Positions 27,366 to 35,560 of a DNA stretch of 64,000 nt are shown one piece after another (position 1 is the first letter of the stretch; every line of letters begins with the position of its first letter). A program made the translations under genes and the position numbers. The stretch is taken from the IMG/VR virus record IMGVR_UViG_3300045988_080954. One strand, written 5' to 3'. Source of the stretch: a virus. The notes under the pieces were generated by a model. It did no database searches. It had not been told where the DNA came from and saw only the letters and a list, made by a program, of their open reading frames with translations.

Positions 27366-28574
27366 ATGATTTACAGGGCTTTTGCAAATGGCAAAGAAAT
27401 TACAGATTTCCCTATCTCTGGTGTAAACACCGTCGCTGTATATGGCGGCGATACGCTGTTATGGAAAAAAGAGAGTGGCGGAATGTTCTCAGATTGGATT
27501 GTTAGAAATGTAATTCATTGTGGCCAATGCTCACTTTTGTCATTAACTGCTACAGGTAATGCTACAGGTAATGCTAAAAAGCATCCGTATATGATTGCTA
27601 CGCCAAAATCATATGCCCCATACTATGAAAAAATTTATGAAATAGGAGACTATAACAGCTATGTATGTGATGCGTCTGTAGGTGTTTTTAATGAAGAACT
27701 GTACGTCATGGAATGGTCTATGGCTCAGAATGTAGTTCCAAATTCAACAGATACCATTTCGTACATTAGAATCTTAGGTTTTTATATTTATTCAAGTGAT
27801 ATGAAACTCAAAAGCCACTTTAAAGTGGACTATCTCCTTGAATTTGACAAGAGCAAAGTTTCCCAATGCGGGGGTGTATATCCGTACAAAATGTGGGTTG
27901 AAAATAATCGTTTTCATTTTATATGTTCATATTGTACATCAGCAGACTGGATCCATGGAAAATATACACCACTTTCGTTAGAAACGCTTGTTTTTGAAGA
28001 AGGGAAATTGATTGAACGACAGCAAAGTTCAACATTGAATTGTAACTATAAATATGATTTATATGACGATTGGTGTGTTTACACTACAACTATATCTTCA
28101 GAGCCACACAATGGAAATTATTATTATATTGCAACTGAGGGAGTGGCTTATAATTCAGATTCACGTTTAACAGAAGTAAACACAAAAGAACCGTCGCTCA
28201 AAGTTTTATCAGGAACACAACGCGATTTTCACAGTTATTATGCAGGATGCCACAACGGAAAATCTTTATGGAGGCGTAATGAAAGTATTTGTGAACTTAT
28301 AGATACTAATTATACAGTAAAATGCCGAGATTCTGATTTTTCTGCAAGCCGCGGATTTGTACCTTACAAAAATGAATATTTATGCCTAGGGTTCTCAAAT
28401 CGTTATCCGGCAGTAAGAAGTAGTAAAAACGGAGCAGTCGGTAAAGATGATATTATATATGCATCAAGTCAAAGAGCTATTGGAGCTGAAGGAATCATTA
28501 TAGAAAACGGAATAGTATATGTCTATTCACAACCTTCTGCTTTTACAACCTATTGCGATATATTCAAAGTTTAG
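27366..28574 (+). CDS. tail-associated protein of unknown function
   Basis: 402 aa, the last ORF of the tail block, with GGAGGGTGA upstream. Confidence 0.45.
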   Translation: MIYRAFANGKEITDFPISGVNTVAVYGGDTLLWKKESGGMFSDWIVRNVIHCGQCSLLSLTATGNATGNAKKHPYMIATPKSYAPYYEKIYEIGDYNSYVCDASVGVFNEELYVMEWSMAQNVVPNSTDTISYIRILGFYIYSSDMKLKSHFKVDYLLEFDKSKVSQCGGVYPYKMWVENNRFHFICSYCTSADWIHGKYTPLSLETLVFEEGKLIERQQSSTLNCNYKYDLYDDWCVYTTTISSEPHNGNYYYIATEGVAYNSDSRLTEVNTKEPSLKVLSGTQRDFHSYYAGCHNGKSLWRRNESICELIDTNYTVKCRDSDFSASRGFVPYKNEYLCLGFSNRYPAVRSSKNGAVGKDDIIYASSQRAIGAEGIIIENGIVYVYSQPSAFTTYCDIFKV

Positions 28575-28598
28575 AAGATGGATAAAAAACAGCGATCA

Positions 28599-28627
28599 TT
28601 GATTTTTCGCCTCAAATACGCTATAAT
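28599..28627 (+). promoter_or_regulatory. near-consensus sigma-A promoter TTGATT-17-TATAAT
   Basis: -35 at 28599-28604, -10 at 28622-28627, with exactly 17 nt between them. Confidence 0.5.
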
Positions 28628-28633
28628 AAAACC

Positions 28634-28709
28634 ATAGAAATTTGAATCTGAAATTAGAGCCGAACGGAGTGAGCCAAACCGAAATGGGCTCAATTCCTCG
28701 GCTCTTTTT
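28634..28709 (+). ncRNA. candidate ~75-nt small RNA (promoter plus nested-hairpin terminator)
   Basis: AGAGCCGA (28656-28663) pairs with TCGGCTCT (28698-28705). The inner helix is TGAGCC/GGCTCA, followed by TTTT. The only ORF across it is a TTG-started one with no SD. Confidence 0.4.
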
Positions 28710-28890
28710 GCTTATTTTAATGTTAATTTTTGCAAATAAGAACCCCAAAATAGCAAATAAGAGCGCATTTTCCATAAAAATCGAAATAAGCCCTTATTCG
28801 TCCAAAAACCATCAAAATTCCAGTCCCGACCGTGCTAAAATGTAACTATATTAAAAATAAAAAATGAATAATTTGTAAACGTAAATTTTA

Positions 28891-28959
28891 CTTGTTTTCA
28901 GAATAAATCAATTATCTTAGAAATTATAAAAAATCGGATGAAAGTTTTCTGAAAACAAG
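28891..28959. repeat. 13-bp perfect inverted repeat CTTGTTTTCAGAA / TTCTGAAAACAAG with 43-nt spacer
   Basis: Arms at 28891-28903 and 28947-28959. Confidence 0.7.
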
Positions 28960-28983
28960 CAATTTTCATTTACATAATATCTC

Positions 28984-29030
28984 AATGTAACGTTACAATA
29001 ACGTTACCAGTAACGCAATGTAACGCAATA
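28984..29030 (+). promoter_or_regulatory. four phased TAACG-containing repeats (operator/activator-site candidates)
   Basis: TAACG occurs at 28988, 28999, 29011 and 29021 (spacing 11, 12 and 10 bp). Copy 1, TGTAACGTTACA, is a perfect 12-bp palindrome. A TATAAT lies at 29058-29063. Confidence 0.45.
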
Positions 29031-29061
29031 GAATAAGAATAAGAAATAGAATAAGAATATA

Positions 29062-29090
29062 ATTAATATATATACGAGATATATATTAAT
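29062..29090. repeat. 12-bp perfect inverted repeat ATTAATATATAT / ATATATATTAAT, 5-bp spacer
   Basis: Arms at 29062-29073 and 29079-29090. Confidence 0.7.
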
Positions 29091-29170
29091 CGTCAAATAA
29101 GGCTTATTTGACCCTGACATTCTTAATTCGTTTCAGCCCGAATCGAACTATTTTATTAACGACCTCGTAT

Positions 29171-29199
29171 TTGACTTGTATAACGATTTTATGTGTAAT
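29171..29199 (+). promoter_or_regulatory. promoter-like TTGACT-17-TGTAAT upstream of the endolysin
   Basis: -35 at 29171-29176, -10 at 29194-29199. Confidence 0.4.
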
Positions 29200-29290
29200 T
29201 CGATAAAAACCTCGAATGACGTATAAAAATTGATTCTAGGGGCAGATACGGAGCTTGCAAGGTATATTTAACAGAAAGGAGCAACGTGAT

Positions 29291-30721
29291 ATGACAAACG
29301 AGCAGAAAGCAGTTCTCAGAAAGATTATTTATGCAGTCGAAACCGGCGGACAGATTTACGGACAGCAAGATTATTCGGACTTCACAGAAGCCTACACTAA
29401 TTCTTCTGAAGAACACGCAATCACAATCGGGGCAGGAGCATGGTATGCAACTGAAGCCAAGATCCTTCTGGAACGGATTTACAATGCTGACCCGGAACAA
29501 TGGGAGAAGATAGATAAGGTCAGACTTCTGGAACAGGTCCAGACCGCAAACTGGGAGTGTTTCAATATTTCCAGAGTGTCACAGCTTGCCGACACCATAG
29601 TTGCCCTTATTTCGTCCGATTTGGGCGTTAAATGCCAAGATAACCTTATGGATGAACAATTAGCCACATATGCAGATGAAGCCCTTAAACAGGGCGTTAC
29701 GGATGCTAGAGCGCAAGCCATGTGCGTGAACTTTAGGCACCAAGGCGGACAGGGAGCAGTAACGAGAATTTTGGCAAAGACTCAGAAGCCATACACACTC
29801 GATAATCTCTATGCAGCCTGCCAGACGGACACAGGGAACCAAGTCGGGGTATATAAGAGCAGACAGAAGTTTGTTTACGATGCATTAAAGACATATTTTC
29901 CAGAAAGTGAGGATAAGAGCATGAACGCAATCGACAAATTAATCCAGATCGCAAAGAATGAAGTTGGTTATCTCGAAAAGGCAAGCAATAGCCAACTTGA
30001 CAGCAAAACAGCGAACGCCGGAGAAAATAATTATACAAAATACTGGCGAGATATTAAGCCGGATTATCAGGGGCAGCCATGGTGCGCAGCGTTTGTTTCA
30101 TGGTGCATGATGAAAGCATTCGGATTAGACGCAGCAAAGAAACTTTTGAAACACTGGCCATACGTTTACTGCCCGACAATGGCAGATTTGTTTACTTTGA
30201 ACAGCAATCCAAAAGTCGGAGACATTGTTATTTTCTACAGAAACGGAGAATTTACGCATACTGGAATCGTAATAAAAGTGTCAGGAGATCGGTTCTGGAC
30301 AGTCGAAGGAAACACTTCTGGCGGCTCAACGGTCATTGCAAACGGCGGTGGCGTGTGCCAAAAAAGCTACTACAATAGTAATCTCCCGGGAACAAAATTC
30401 TGCACTCCAAACTACAGTTTAGTCAAAAATACAACGCCAGTATCTGGGTCAGATACAGTCAAAAAACAGAACACCAGAGCCTACATTGCACAGATTAAAA
30501 AAGACACAAAATGTTATGTGGAATCAAACAAAAATAGCCCATCTAAACTGTTTCCAAAGTTGAAAAAAGGTGCAATTGTAGAGGTAATGAAGTACACAGA
30601 AACTGACAGTTCGGGATTGAAATGGTACTTCATTCGCATTCCTTATCCGAATGACGACGGGTTCGTTTTTGAATTTATTCCAAAAGGAACATTCACCAGA
30701 ATTACAGATATTTCCAAATGA
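29291..30721 (+). CDS. multidomain endolysin (lysozyme/transglycosylase-like N-domain, CHAP/NlpC-P60-type domain, SH3-like C-terminus)
   Basis: 476 aa from ATG 29291 with AAAGGAG upstream. The CHAP-type signature is ...GQPWCAAFVSWCM...FTHTGIV...TVEGNTS. The N-terminal part contains AVETGGQIYG. Confidence 0.8.
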   Translation: MTNEQKAVLRKIIYAVETGGQIYGQQDYSDFTEAYTNSSEEHAITIGAGAWYATEAKILLERIYNADPEQWEKIDKVRLLEQVQTANWECFNISRVSQLADTIVALISSDLGVKCQDNLMDEQLATYADEALKQGVTDARAQAMCVNFRHQGGQGAVTRILAKTQKPYTLDNLYAACQTDTGNQVGVYKSRQKFVYDALKTYFPESEDKSMNAIDKLIQIAKNEVGYLEKASNSQLDSKTANAGENNYTKYWRDIKPDYQGQPWCAAFVSWCMMKAFGLDAAKKLLKHWPYVYCPTMADLFTLNSNPKVGDIVIFYRNGEFTHTGIVIKVSGDRFWTVEGNTSGGSTVIANGGGVCQKSYYNSNLPGTKFCTPNYSLVKNTTPVSGSDTVKKQNTRAYIAQIKKDTKCYVESNKNSPSKLFPKLKKGAIVEVMKYTETDSSGLKWYFIRIPYPNDDGFVFEFIPKGTFTRITDISK

Positions 30722-30807
30722 CAGTTGTAATATAATCTTTGTAATGCTATAATAAATGCGTTCGATGTAATAGTTCGTATTAACTTAACCCCTTTTAGTA
30801 CGATAGT

Positions 30808-30851
30808 AAAAATGACCGCCAATCACTCCTTCCCGATTTGGCGGTCATTTT
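30808..30851. terminator. bidirectional terminator between lysin and response-regulator genes
   Basis: TGACCGCCAA (30813-30822) pairs with TTGGCGGTCA (30838-30847), extended by flanking A-T pairs. An A-run precedes it and a T-run follows. Confidence 0.7.
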
Positions 30852-30855
30852 GCTG

Positions 30856-31560
30856 TCAGCTTATATATTCTTCATACATTTTTTTGATTTCTTTTGCTCC
30901 ATTTTGTCTTATCCGAACAACATCCCCGGAATCCATGATGAAATTGTCACCTGCCGACTGAATGTGATCCATGTTCACCAGATAGCTCTGATGGCAACGT
31001 AAGAATCGCTTATCAGACAGTTTTTCTTCCAGATCATTCAGCTTGCAAGTAGTCACAAAACATCGGTTATCTGTCGCGAAAATATGACAAACTCTTGCCC
31101 GGCTTTCGATGTATTCAATTTCTCCATACTTGAGCCGGTTAATCTGTCCACGGAACTTAAAAGTCAGTGTTTCGTCCCTCATTTGCGACAAGATTTCATC
31201 AATGGCTCGATATATCCTGCCGTATTCCTTGCCTTTTACCGCATATTGAACAGCACCAATATCGAACGCTTCTCGTAGATAATTATTGTCACCCGTCCAG
31301 AATATAATGTTTCCGTTGTATCCAACATCACGAAGCCTGTTTGCGATTTCCAGACCATTTTCTCTTTCTAGAACCATATCTAGCACGATTACATCGTACC
31401 ATTTTCCCTCTTTGACATCCTCAACCAGTGGATAACCTGCCGAATATTCGCTGATTTCGTAGCGATAGTCGCCTTTGCTTCGCAAGAATCCCGATATGCG
31501 GTCTTTAAACAGATCAATGTCAAGCTGGCAGTCGTCGCATATAGCTATTCTCATGCGCAT
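30856..31560 (-). CDS. LytTR-family response regulator (receiver + LytTR DNA-binding domain), no kinase gene nearby
   Basis: 234 aa. The receiver is IAICDDC...DVIVLDMVL...; the C-terminal half ...FLRCHQSYLVNMDHI... is a typical LytTR domain. Confidence 0.8.
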   Translation of the reverse strand: MRMRIAICDDCQLDIDLFKDRISGFLRSKGDYRYEISEYSAGYPLVEDVKEGKWYDVIVLDMVLERENGLEIANRLRDVGYNGNIIFWTGDNNYLREAFDIGAVQYAVKGKEYGRIYRAIDEILSQMRDETLTFKFRGQINRLKYGEIEYIESRARVCHIFATDNRCFVTTCKLNDLEEKLSDKRFLRCHQSYLVNMDHIQSAGDNFIMDSGDVVRIRQNGAKEIKKMYEEYIS

Positions 31561-31770
31561 TTCCCCTTTCTCGTCTCAATTTTGTCAAAATAGATAATGA
31601 TTTTGACAGTACACACATTTTATTCCGTATTTGTGATACAATTCGTGTATCAAATAAAGTTTAGCACTTGAAATTAACAGTGTAAAGCATTAAAGCTAGA
31701 CAAAATTCGCAAATTGGTTTCTGTGTCCGGGAGGATGTGTGGATAAAGAGACTGCCTGTAAGAACGACAG

Positions 31771-31800
31771 GTAAAGAGAAAGAGGGGCGGTTGCCCCTCT
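31771..31800 (-). terminator. intrinsic terminator after the secreted-protein gene
   Basis: AGAGGGGC/GCCCCTCT hairpin (31781-31800), then a T-rich tail on the minus strand. Confidence 0.6.
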
Positions 31801-31803
31801 TGT

Positions 31804-32604
31804 TTATTTCACTAAATACAAAACTGAAACAGTATCTATTTTTACGCACATTCCATTCTCTAACGGTAGATTCCCAATTTCACTGGAATATAAAGAATTA
31901 ATGCTTTCTAAGTCAGAACCAAGACTTTCTTTATATTTTTTTGAAGCGACATGGTATTCTTCTGAATGTTCGTAATCATCATTTTTATAATCATCATAGC
32001 TGTCATATACGCTGATAATTCCTGCTCCGTCGGTTATTGAAAAGGTGTACTTTCCAGCAGGAATATCTTCGCCAATAATATAAACACCTGGATTTAGCCT
32101 TCCGACATCATCAAGAGAATCGTTTTCCTGAGAATTAGAATTTTCACTTTCCACGTCTTTTAAAACAGCTTCTTTTAATTTAGTTCCGTCTGAAAGACGC
32201 GTGATTGATAGTGAATCATCCCAAATTGAGCAAGCCAGAGTATCATTTTCGAAATTCCAAACGTTTGTTAGAATTACTCCATCATAACCACTCTTATAGA
32301 AATCATCAGTAACATAATCATAATCATACCAATCCTGCTGAGATGCTTCCGACAATACACCGGAAACCTTTGAAGCAAATGCGCCAACTTCATCATCTGG
32401 CACGTTCTCGCTTATAACGATGCTTAGATGCAAGGATTTAGTGTTTTTGTCAATCACACATTCAGATGCTTCGACAAACCCATCTTCGCCATTGATCTTA
32501 TTAAGCATTTCATTAATGTTGTCAAAGGAAGTAGCACTGGCATTGACAGGCGAAATGCATAAAAAAGCACACATCGTTATAATTCCACAAACTCTCTTTT
32601 TCAT
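31804..32604 (-). CDS. secreted (signal-peptide) acidic protein, unknown function
   Basis: 266 aa with N-terminal MKKRVCGIITMCAFLCISPVNASA. It is rich in D/E/Y/S. Confidence 0.55.
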   Translation of the reverse strand: MKKRVCGIITMCAFLCISPVNASATSFDNINEMLNKINGEDGFVEASECVIDKNTKSLHLSIVISENVPDDEVGAFASKVSGVLSEASQQDWYDYDYVTDDFYKSGYDGVILTNVWNFENDTLACSIWDDSLSITRLSDGTKLKEAVLKDVESENSNSQENDSLDDVGRLNPGVYIIGEDIPAGKYTFSITDGAGIISVYDSYDDYKNDDYEHSEEYHVASKKYKESLGSDLESINSLYSSEIGNLPLENGMCVKIDTVSVLYLVK

Positions 32605-32620
32605 AAAGCCCTCTTTTCTG

Positions 32621-32869
32621 CTAAAGAAATCTCATATACTGTACTGCAATAAAAACTACTTCAATGATTCCGGCGATAATTCCAAACCAAGCACCTATAT
32701 GTCGGTATTCTTCTTTTTTAGTTCCGATATCCACCAAACCAACAATCGCTCCTGCCAGAGCTAACGGAAACGACAAGATGATTGGTAACGGAAGAATGAA
32801 CGCTACGCCTGCCAGAATACAAGAAATCACACTTAGGGTAGAATCCTTTTTCTTTTCTCTATTACCCAT
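32621..32869 (-). CDS. small two-TM membrane protein
   Basis: 82 aa with GGGAGGG upstream. An extended -10 TGGTATAAT promoter lies upstream on the minus strand. It is the first gene of the cargo operon. Confidence 0.5.
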   Translation of the reverse strand: MGNREKKKDSTLSVISCILAGVAFILPLPIILSFPLALAGAIVGLVDIGTKKEEYRHIGAWFGIIAGIIEVVFIAVQYMRFL

Positions 32870-33446
32870 ACTATTTCCCTCCCTTGTTAAAATTTTACAA
32901 TATTATACCACTTCATACAAACTGTGTATAGTAAAATATCAAAAAAGTAAATTATTTTTGCAGAAATACTCCGTGATTTTGCGCTTTCCAGAAAAACCAC
33001 ACAAATTCGTGCTATAATGTGAGATATATTTTTAGAAAGAGCTGGTAATATGGAGAAGAACAGATACAGGATAGTCGTACTCATTCTGATATTTTGTGAA
33101 ATATTCTGTGCGGTGCATATACCGCCGCATGATATGTCAGAACGCCGCCAAAGAGATGCACAGATCATAAAGGAAGTTGCAAAGCAAATCTACCCCGTCC
33201 AGATGCAGGAGTCGAGCGAGGCCAAGGAAATTTGCAATGTCAAATGTTATATTCGCAAAAGCACAATTTTCTTTGAGATTGCGAAGTTTGCCTACGAAAT
33301 AGCAAAAGTCAATGTATATATTTGGCAGTTGCCAAGGGGGAATATCGGTGGTATAATGATGAAAACGAACTAATGTTCGGTTCTATTTCCCACAAGCCGG
33401 ACATATGCTGTAATGTAGGTGGTAGTTGTGACAGGGAGGGTTATTT

Positions 33447-33557
33447 ATGGATTATAAGAAGGAAATTATTGAGATGATACAGAAGATAGATAGCGAAAAA
33501 TTTATGAAATTCTTATACAATATGATTATTTCGTTCAAGAGCCAATGGGGATATTAG
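33447..33557 (+). CDS. small protein (36 aa), unknown
   Basis: ATG 33447 with AGGGAGGG upstream, MDYKKEIIEMIQKIDSEKFMKFLYNMIISFKSQWGY. It ends at a bidirectional terminator. Confidence 0.4.
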   Translation: MDYKKEIIEMIQKIDSEKFMKFLYNMIISFKSQWGY

Positions 33558-33589
33558 AAAAAAGCAGGGAATTAATCCCTGCCTTTTTT
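33558..33589. terminator. bidirectional terminator
   Basis: GCAGGGA (33564-33570) pairs with TCCCTGC (33576-33582), with an A-run before and a T-run after. The repressor stop codon lies in the loop. Confidence 0.6.
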
Positions 33590-33925
33590 GTGAAGAAATT
33601 CAATCATGTCGAAAACGCTTTTCTTATCAGATTCGCTTAATTCAATTAGCAACTTAACATGTTCAACGACATTTGAATTTGACATCAATTTTGGAATAAA
33701 ATCTGTGTCTGTTTCTAAATTTTCCTCCCATCCCATTAAACAAGCGGGTGTCGTACTAAGTGCTTTTGCTAATACATTCATATATTCGGCAGGAACTTTA
33801 TCAATATCGCCTTTTTCATATCTGAATATAGTAGACCTTGACACTCCCAATTTTTCTGCCAACTCATCAGCACTCATATTAAGTTGTTTTCTTCTTTCTT
33901 TTATTCGTTCGCCAGTTTCCGACAT
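33572..33925 (-). CDS. XRE-family (CI-like) repressor
   Basis: 117 aa with N-terminal HTH ...RRKQLNMSADELAEKLGVSRSTIFRYEKG. It is divergent from a Cro-like gene. Confidence 0.8.
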   Translation of the reverse strand: MSETGERIKERRKQLNMSADELAEKLGVSRSTIFRYEKGDIDKVPAEYMNVLAKALSTTPACLMGWEENLETDTDFIPKLMSNSNVVEHVKLLIELSESDKKSVFDMIEFLHKKGRD

Positions 33926-33949
33926 TTTTCACACCTCCTTTCTAAATAC

Positions 33950-34039
33950 ATAATAACACTAATGATGCAAAAGTGCAACAAAAATAATTGCAAAAATGCG
34001 ATTTTATATGTTGACACATGCGACACTTTGGTGTAATAT
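33950..34039. promoter_or_regulatory. genetic-switch region: divergent promoters with repeated TGCAAAA(G/A)TGC(A/G)A boxes
   Basis: Rightward promoter: TTGACA (34011-34016), 17 nt, TAATAT (34034-34039). Leftward promoter: TTGCAC (33978-33973), 17 nt, TATTAT (33955-33950). Boxes lie at 33965-33977 and 33989-34001. Confidence 0.6.
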
Positions 34040-34084
34040 ATAACCACAAAGTTGCATTAATGCTACTGGAAAGGAGGAGCGCGA

Positions 34085-34297
34085 ATGGTTGTTAATATAG
34101 CTAGACTTAAAGGAAAAATCGTTGAACGTGGAAACACTCAGGAAGCTGTTGCAAATGCAATTGGAATGGACAGAAGCACATTCTACAGAAAACTAAAAGA
34201 TGGCGGAGAGAAATTTACAATCGGAGAAATCCACGGAATCGTAAATGCAGTTCCTTTAAGCAAGGAGGAAGCTATAGATATTTTTTTTACATCATAG
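34085..34297 (+). CDS. Cro-like HTH protein
   Basis: 70 aa with AGGAGGAG upstream. Contains ...QEAVANAIGMDRSTFYRKLKDG. Confidence 0.65.
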   Translation: MVVNIARLKGKIVERGNTQEAVANAIGMDRSTFYRKLKDGGEKFTIGEIHGIVNAVPLSKEEAIDIFFTS

Positions 34298-34339
34298 TCG
34301 CAATAATGCGACTTAAATATATTACACGAAAGGAGATAA

Positions 34340-35056
34340 ATGAACAGCTTACAGATTTTTAACTCAGAAGAGTTCGGAGAAATCCGAACAATAGAAATTG
34401 ACGGGAAACCGTACTTTGTGGGAACTGATGTTGCGAAAGCTCTTGGATATAGCAATCCAAGAAAAGCGATTATTGACCATTGCAAGGGAGTAACGAAACG
34501 TGACACCCCTACATCTAGTGGCATTCAGTCAATGTCATACATAAATGAGGGAGATTTGTACCGATTGATTATGAAGTCGAAACTTCCGTCAGCAGAGAAA
34601 TTCGAATCATGGGTTATGGATGAGGTCATTCCGACAATTCGAAAGACAGGTTCTTACCAGAAACCAATGACCTTGGAAGAACAACTTCAAATCGTCGCAA
34701 AAGGAACGCTCGAAGTAAAGGAAGAAATCCGAAAGGTCAACGAAGATTTACAGGAATTCAAAAAAGATATGCCACTTCTGGCACTGGAATGTCAGAAAAT
34801 CACAAAGGCGAAGAATCAGAAAGTTGTCCCGCTGCTGGGCGGTAAGGACTCTCCGGCATACAAGGATAATTCCATCCGTCAGCAGGTTTACAGCGACATT
34901 GATGCGCAGCTTCGAAGAGAATTTGGCGTGAACACTTACAAGGCAATCAAGAGAAACCAGTGTGATCTGGCGGTGAAAATCATCAATGAATATGAATTGC
35001 CAATGTATCTGAAAGACCAGATTGACAGTTCTAATGCGCAGGAAAGTTTCTTATAA
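34340..35056 (+). CDS. phage antirepressor (Bro-N domain)
   Basis: 238 aa. The N-terminus LQIFNSEEFGEIRTIEIDGKPYFVGTDVAKALGY... is typical of Bro-N. Confidence 0.75.
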   Translation: MNSLQIFNSEEFGEIRTIEIDGKPYFVGTDVAKALGYSNPRKAIIDHCKGVTKRDTPTSSGIQSMSYINEGDLYRLIMKSKLPSAEKFESWVMDEVIPTIRKTGSYQKPMTLEEQLQIVAKGTLEVKEEIRKVNEDLQEFKKDMPLLALECQKITKAKNQKVVPLLGGKDSPAYKDNSIRQQVYSDIDAQLRREFGVNTYKAIKRNQCDLAVKIINEYELPMYLKDQIDSSNAQESFL

Positions 35057-35073
35057 GAAAGAGAGGTGGAAAA

Positions 35074-35322
35074 GTGACGGAATTAAAAGTTGTCAGAAAT
35101 CTCGAATCAGGAAAACTGATGCGTGGAGATAACGAACTCGGAAACGCAAAGTATTTCTTGCGGAAAGAAAACGGCGAAGAAGTGTATTTGGAAGATATAA
35201 TCGCAAGCCTGGCATTCAGCTTTGGAGAACAGGTGGAAGAAAATATTAAAAATGGCATAGATGAACCATATCTTGCCTATGCCCTTGATGTTTTGTCTAA
35301 CGTACGCAGATTAGGTATTTGA
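35074..35322 (+). CDS. hypothetical protein
   Basis: 82 aa from a GTG start with GAGAGGTGG upstream. Confidence 0.4.
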   Translation: MTELKVVRNLESGKLMRGDNELGNAKYFLRKENGEEVYLEDIIASLAFSFGEQVEENIKNGIDEPYLAYALDVLSNVRRLGI

Positions 35323-35339
35323 AACACTGGATGAATATT

Positions 35340-35514
35340 TTATTTCTTTCCCAAATTTAAGAAAAAATGTTCATCGTGTGCTTCCAGAAGTTCAGAGAAC
35401 TCTTTGCGAATTTGAAAATACTTTTGGCAAATATGAGCATCGTCAAAATAAGCATGTTCCAATTCGTGACTTATTCAAAATAGCTAAATCATGAGCAATT
35501 TGTAACTTGTCCAT
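35340..35514 (-). pseudogene. small gene apparently split by a one-base frame change
   Basis: Strong GGAGGTG site and ATG 35514 give only 23 codons (MDKLQIAHDLAILNKSRIGTCLF). The adjacent frame continues as ...ELEHAYFDDAHICQKYFQIRKEFSELLEAHDEHFFLNLGKK, ending at 35340. Confidence 0.35.
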
Positions 35515-35560
35515 CGTTATCACCTCCTTCAAGGTGATTATAACACAGAAGGAGTAGAAA

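Noticed and set aside
28642-28845. 67-aa plus-strand ORF in the tail-lysin spacer
   Set aside because: It has a TTG start without an SD, runs straight through a hairpin with a T-run, and gives a low-complexity translation. The region is better explained as a promoter, small RNA and terminator.
30725-30851. Another promoter (TTGTAA-17-TATAAT, 30725-30753) plus terminator unit as an sRNA
   Set aside because: The hairpin is already needed as the shared terminator of the lysin and response-regulator genes. Promoter-like hexamers are frequent in this AT-rich stretch, so support is too weak.
33050-33373. 107-aa plus-strand ORF between the cargo operon and the repressor
   Set aside because: It has a weak SD, an odd composition after a short hydrophobic start, and overlaps the promoter region of the minus-strand cargo operon. 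I cannot support it as a gene, though it is not excluded.
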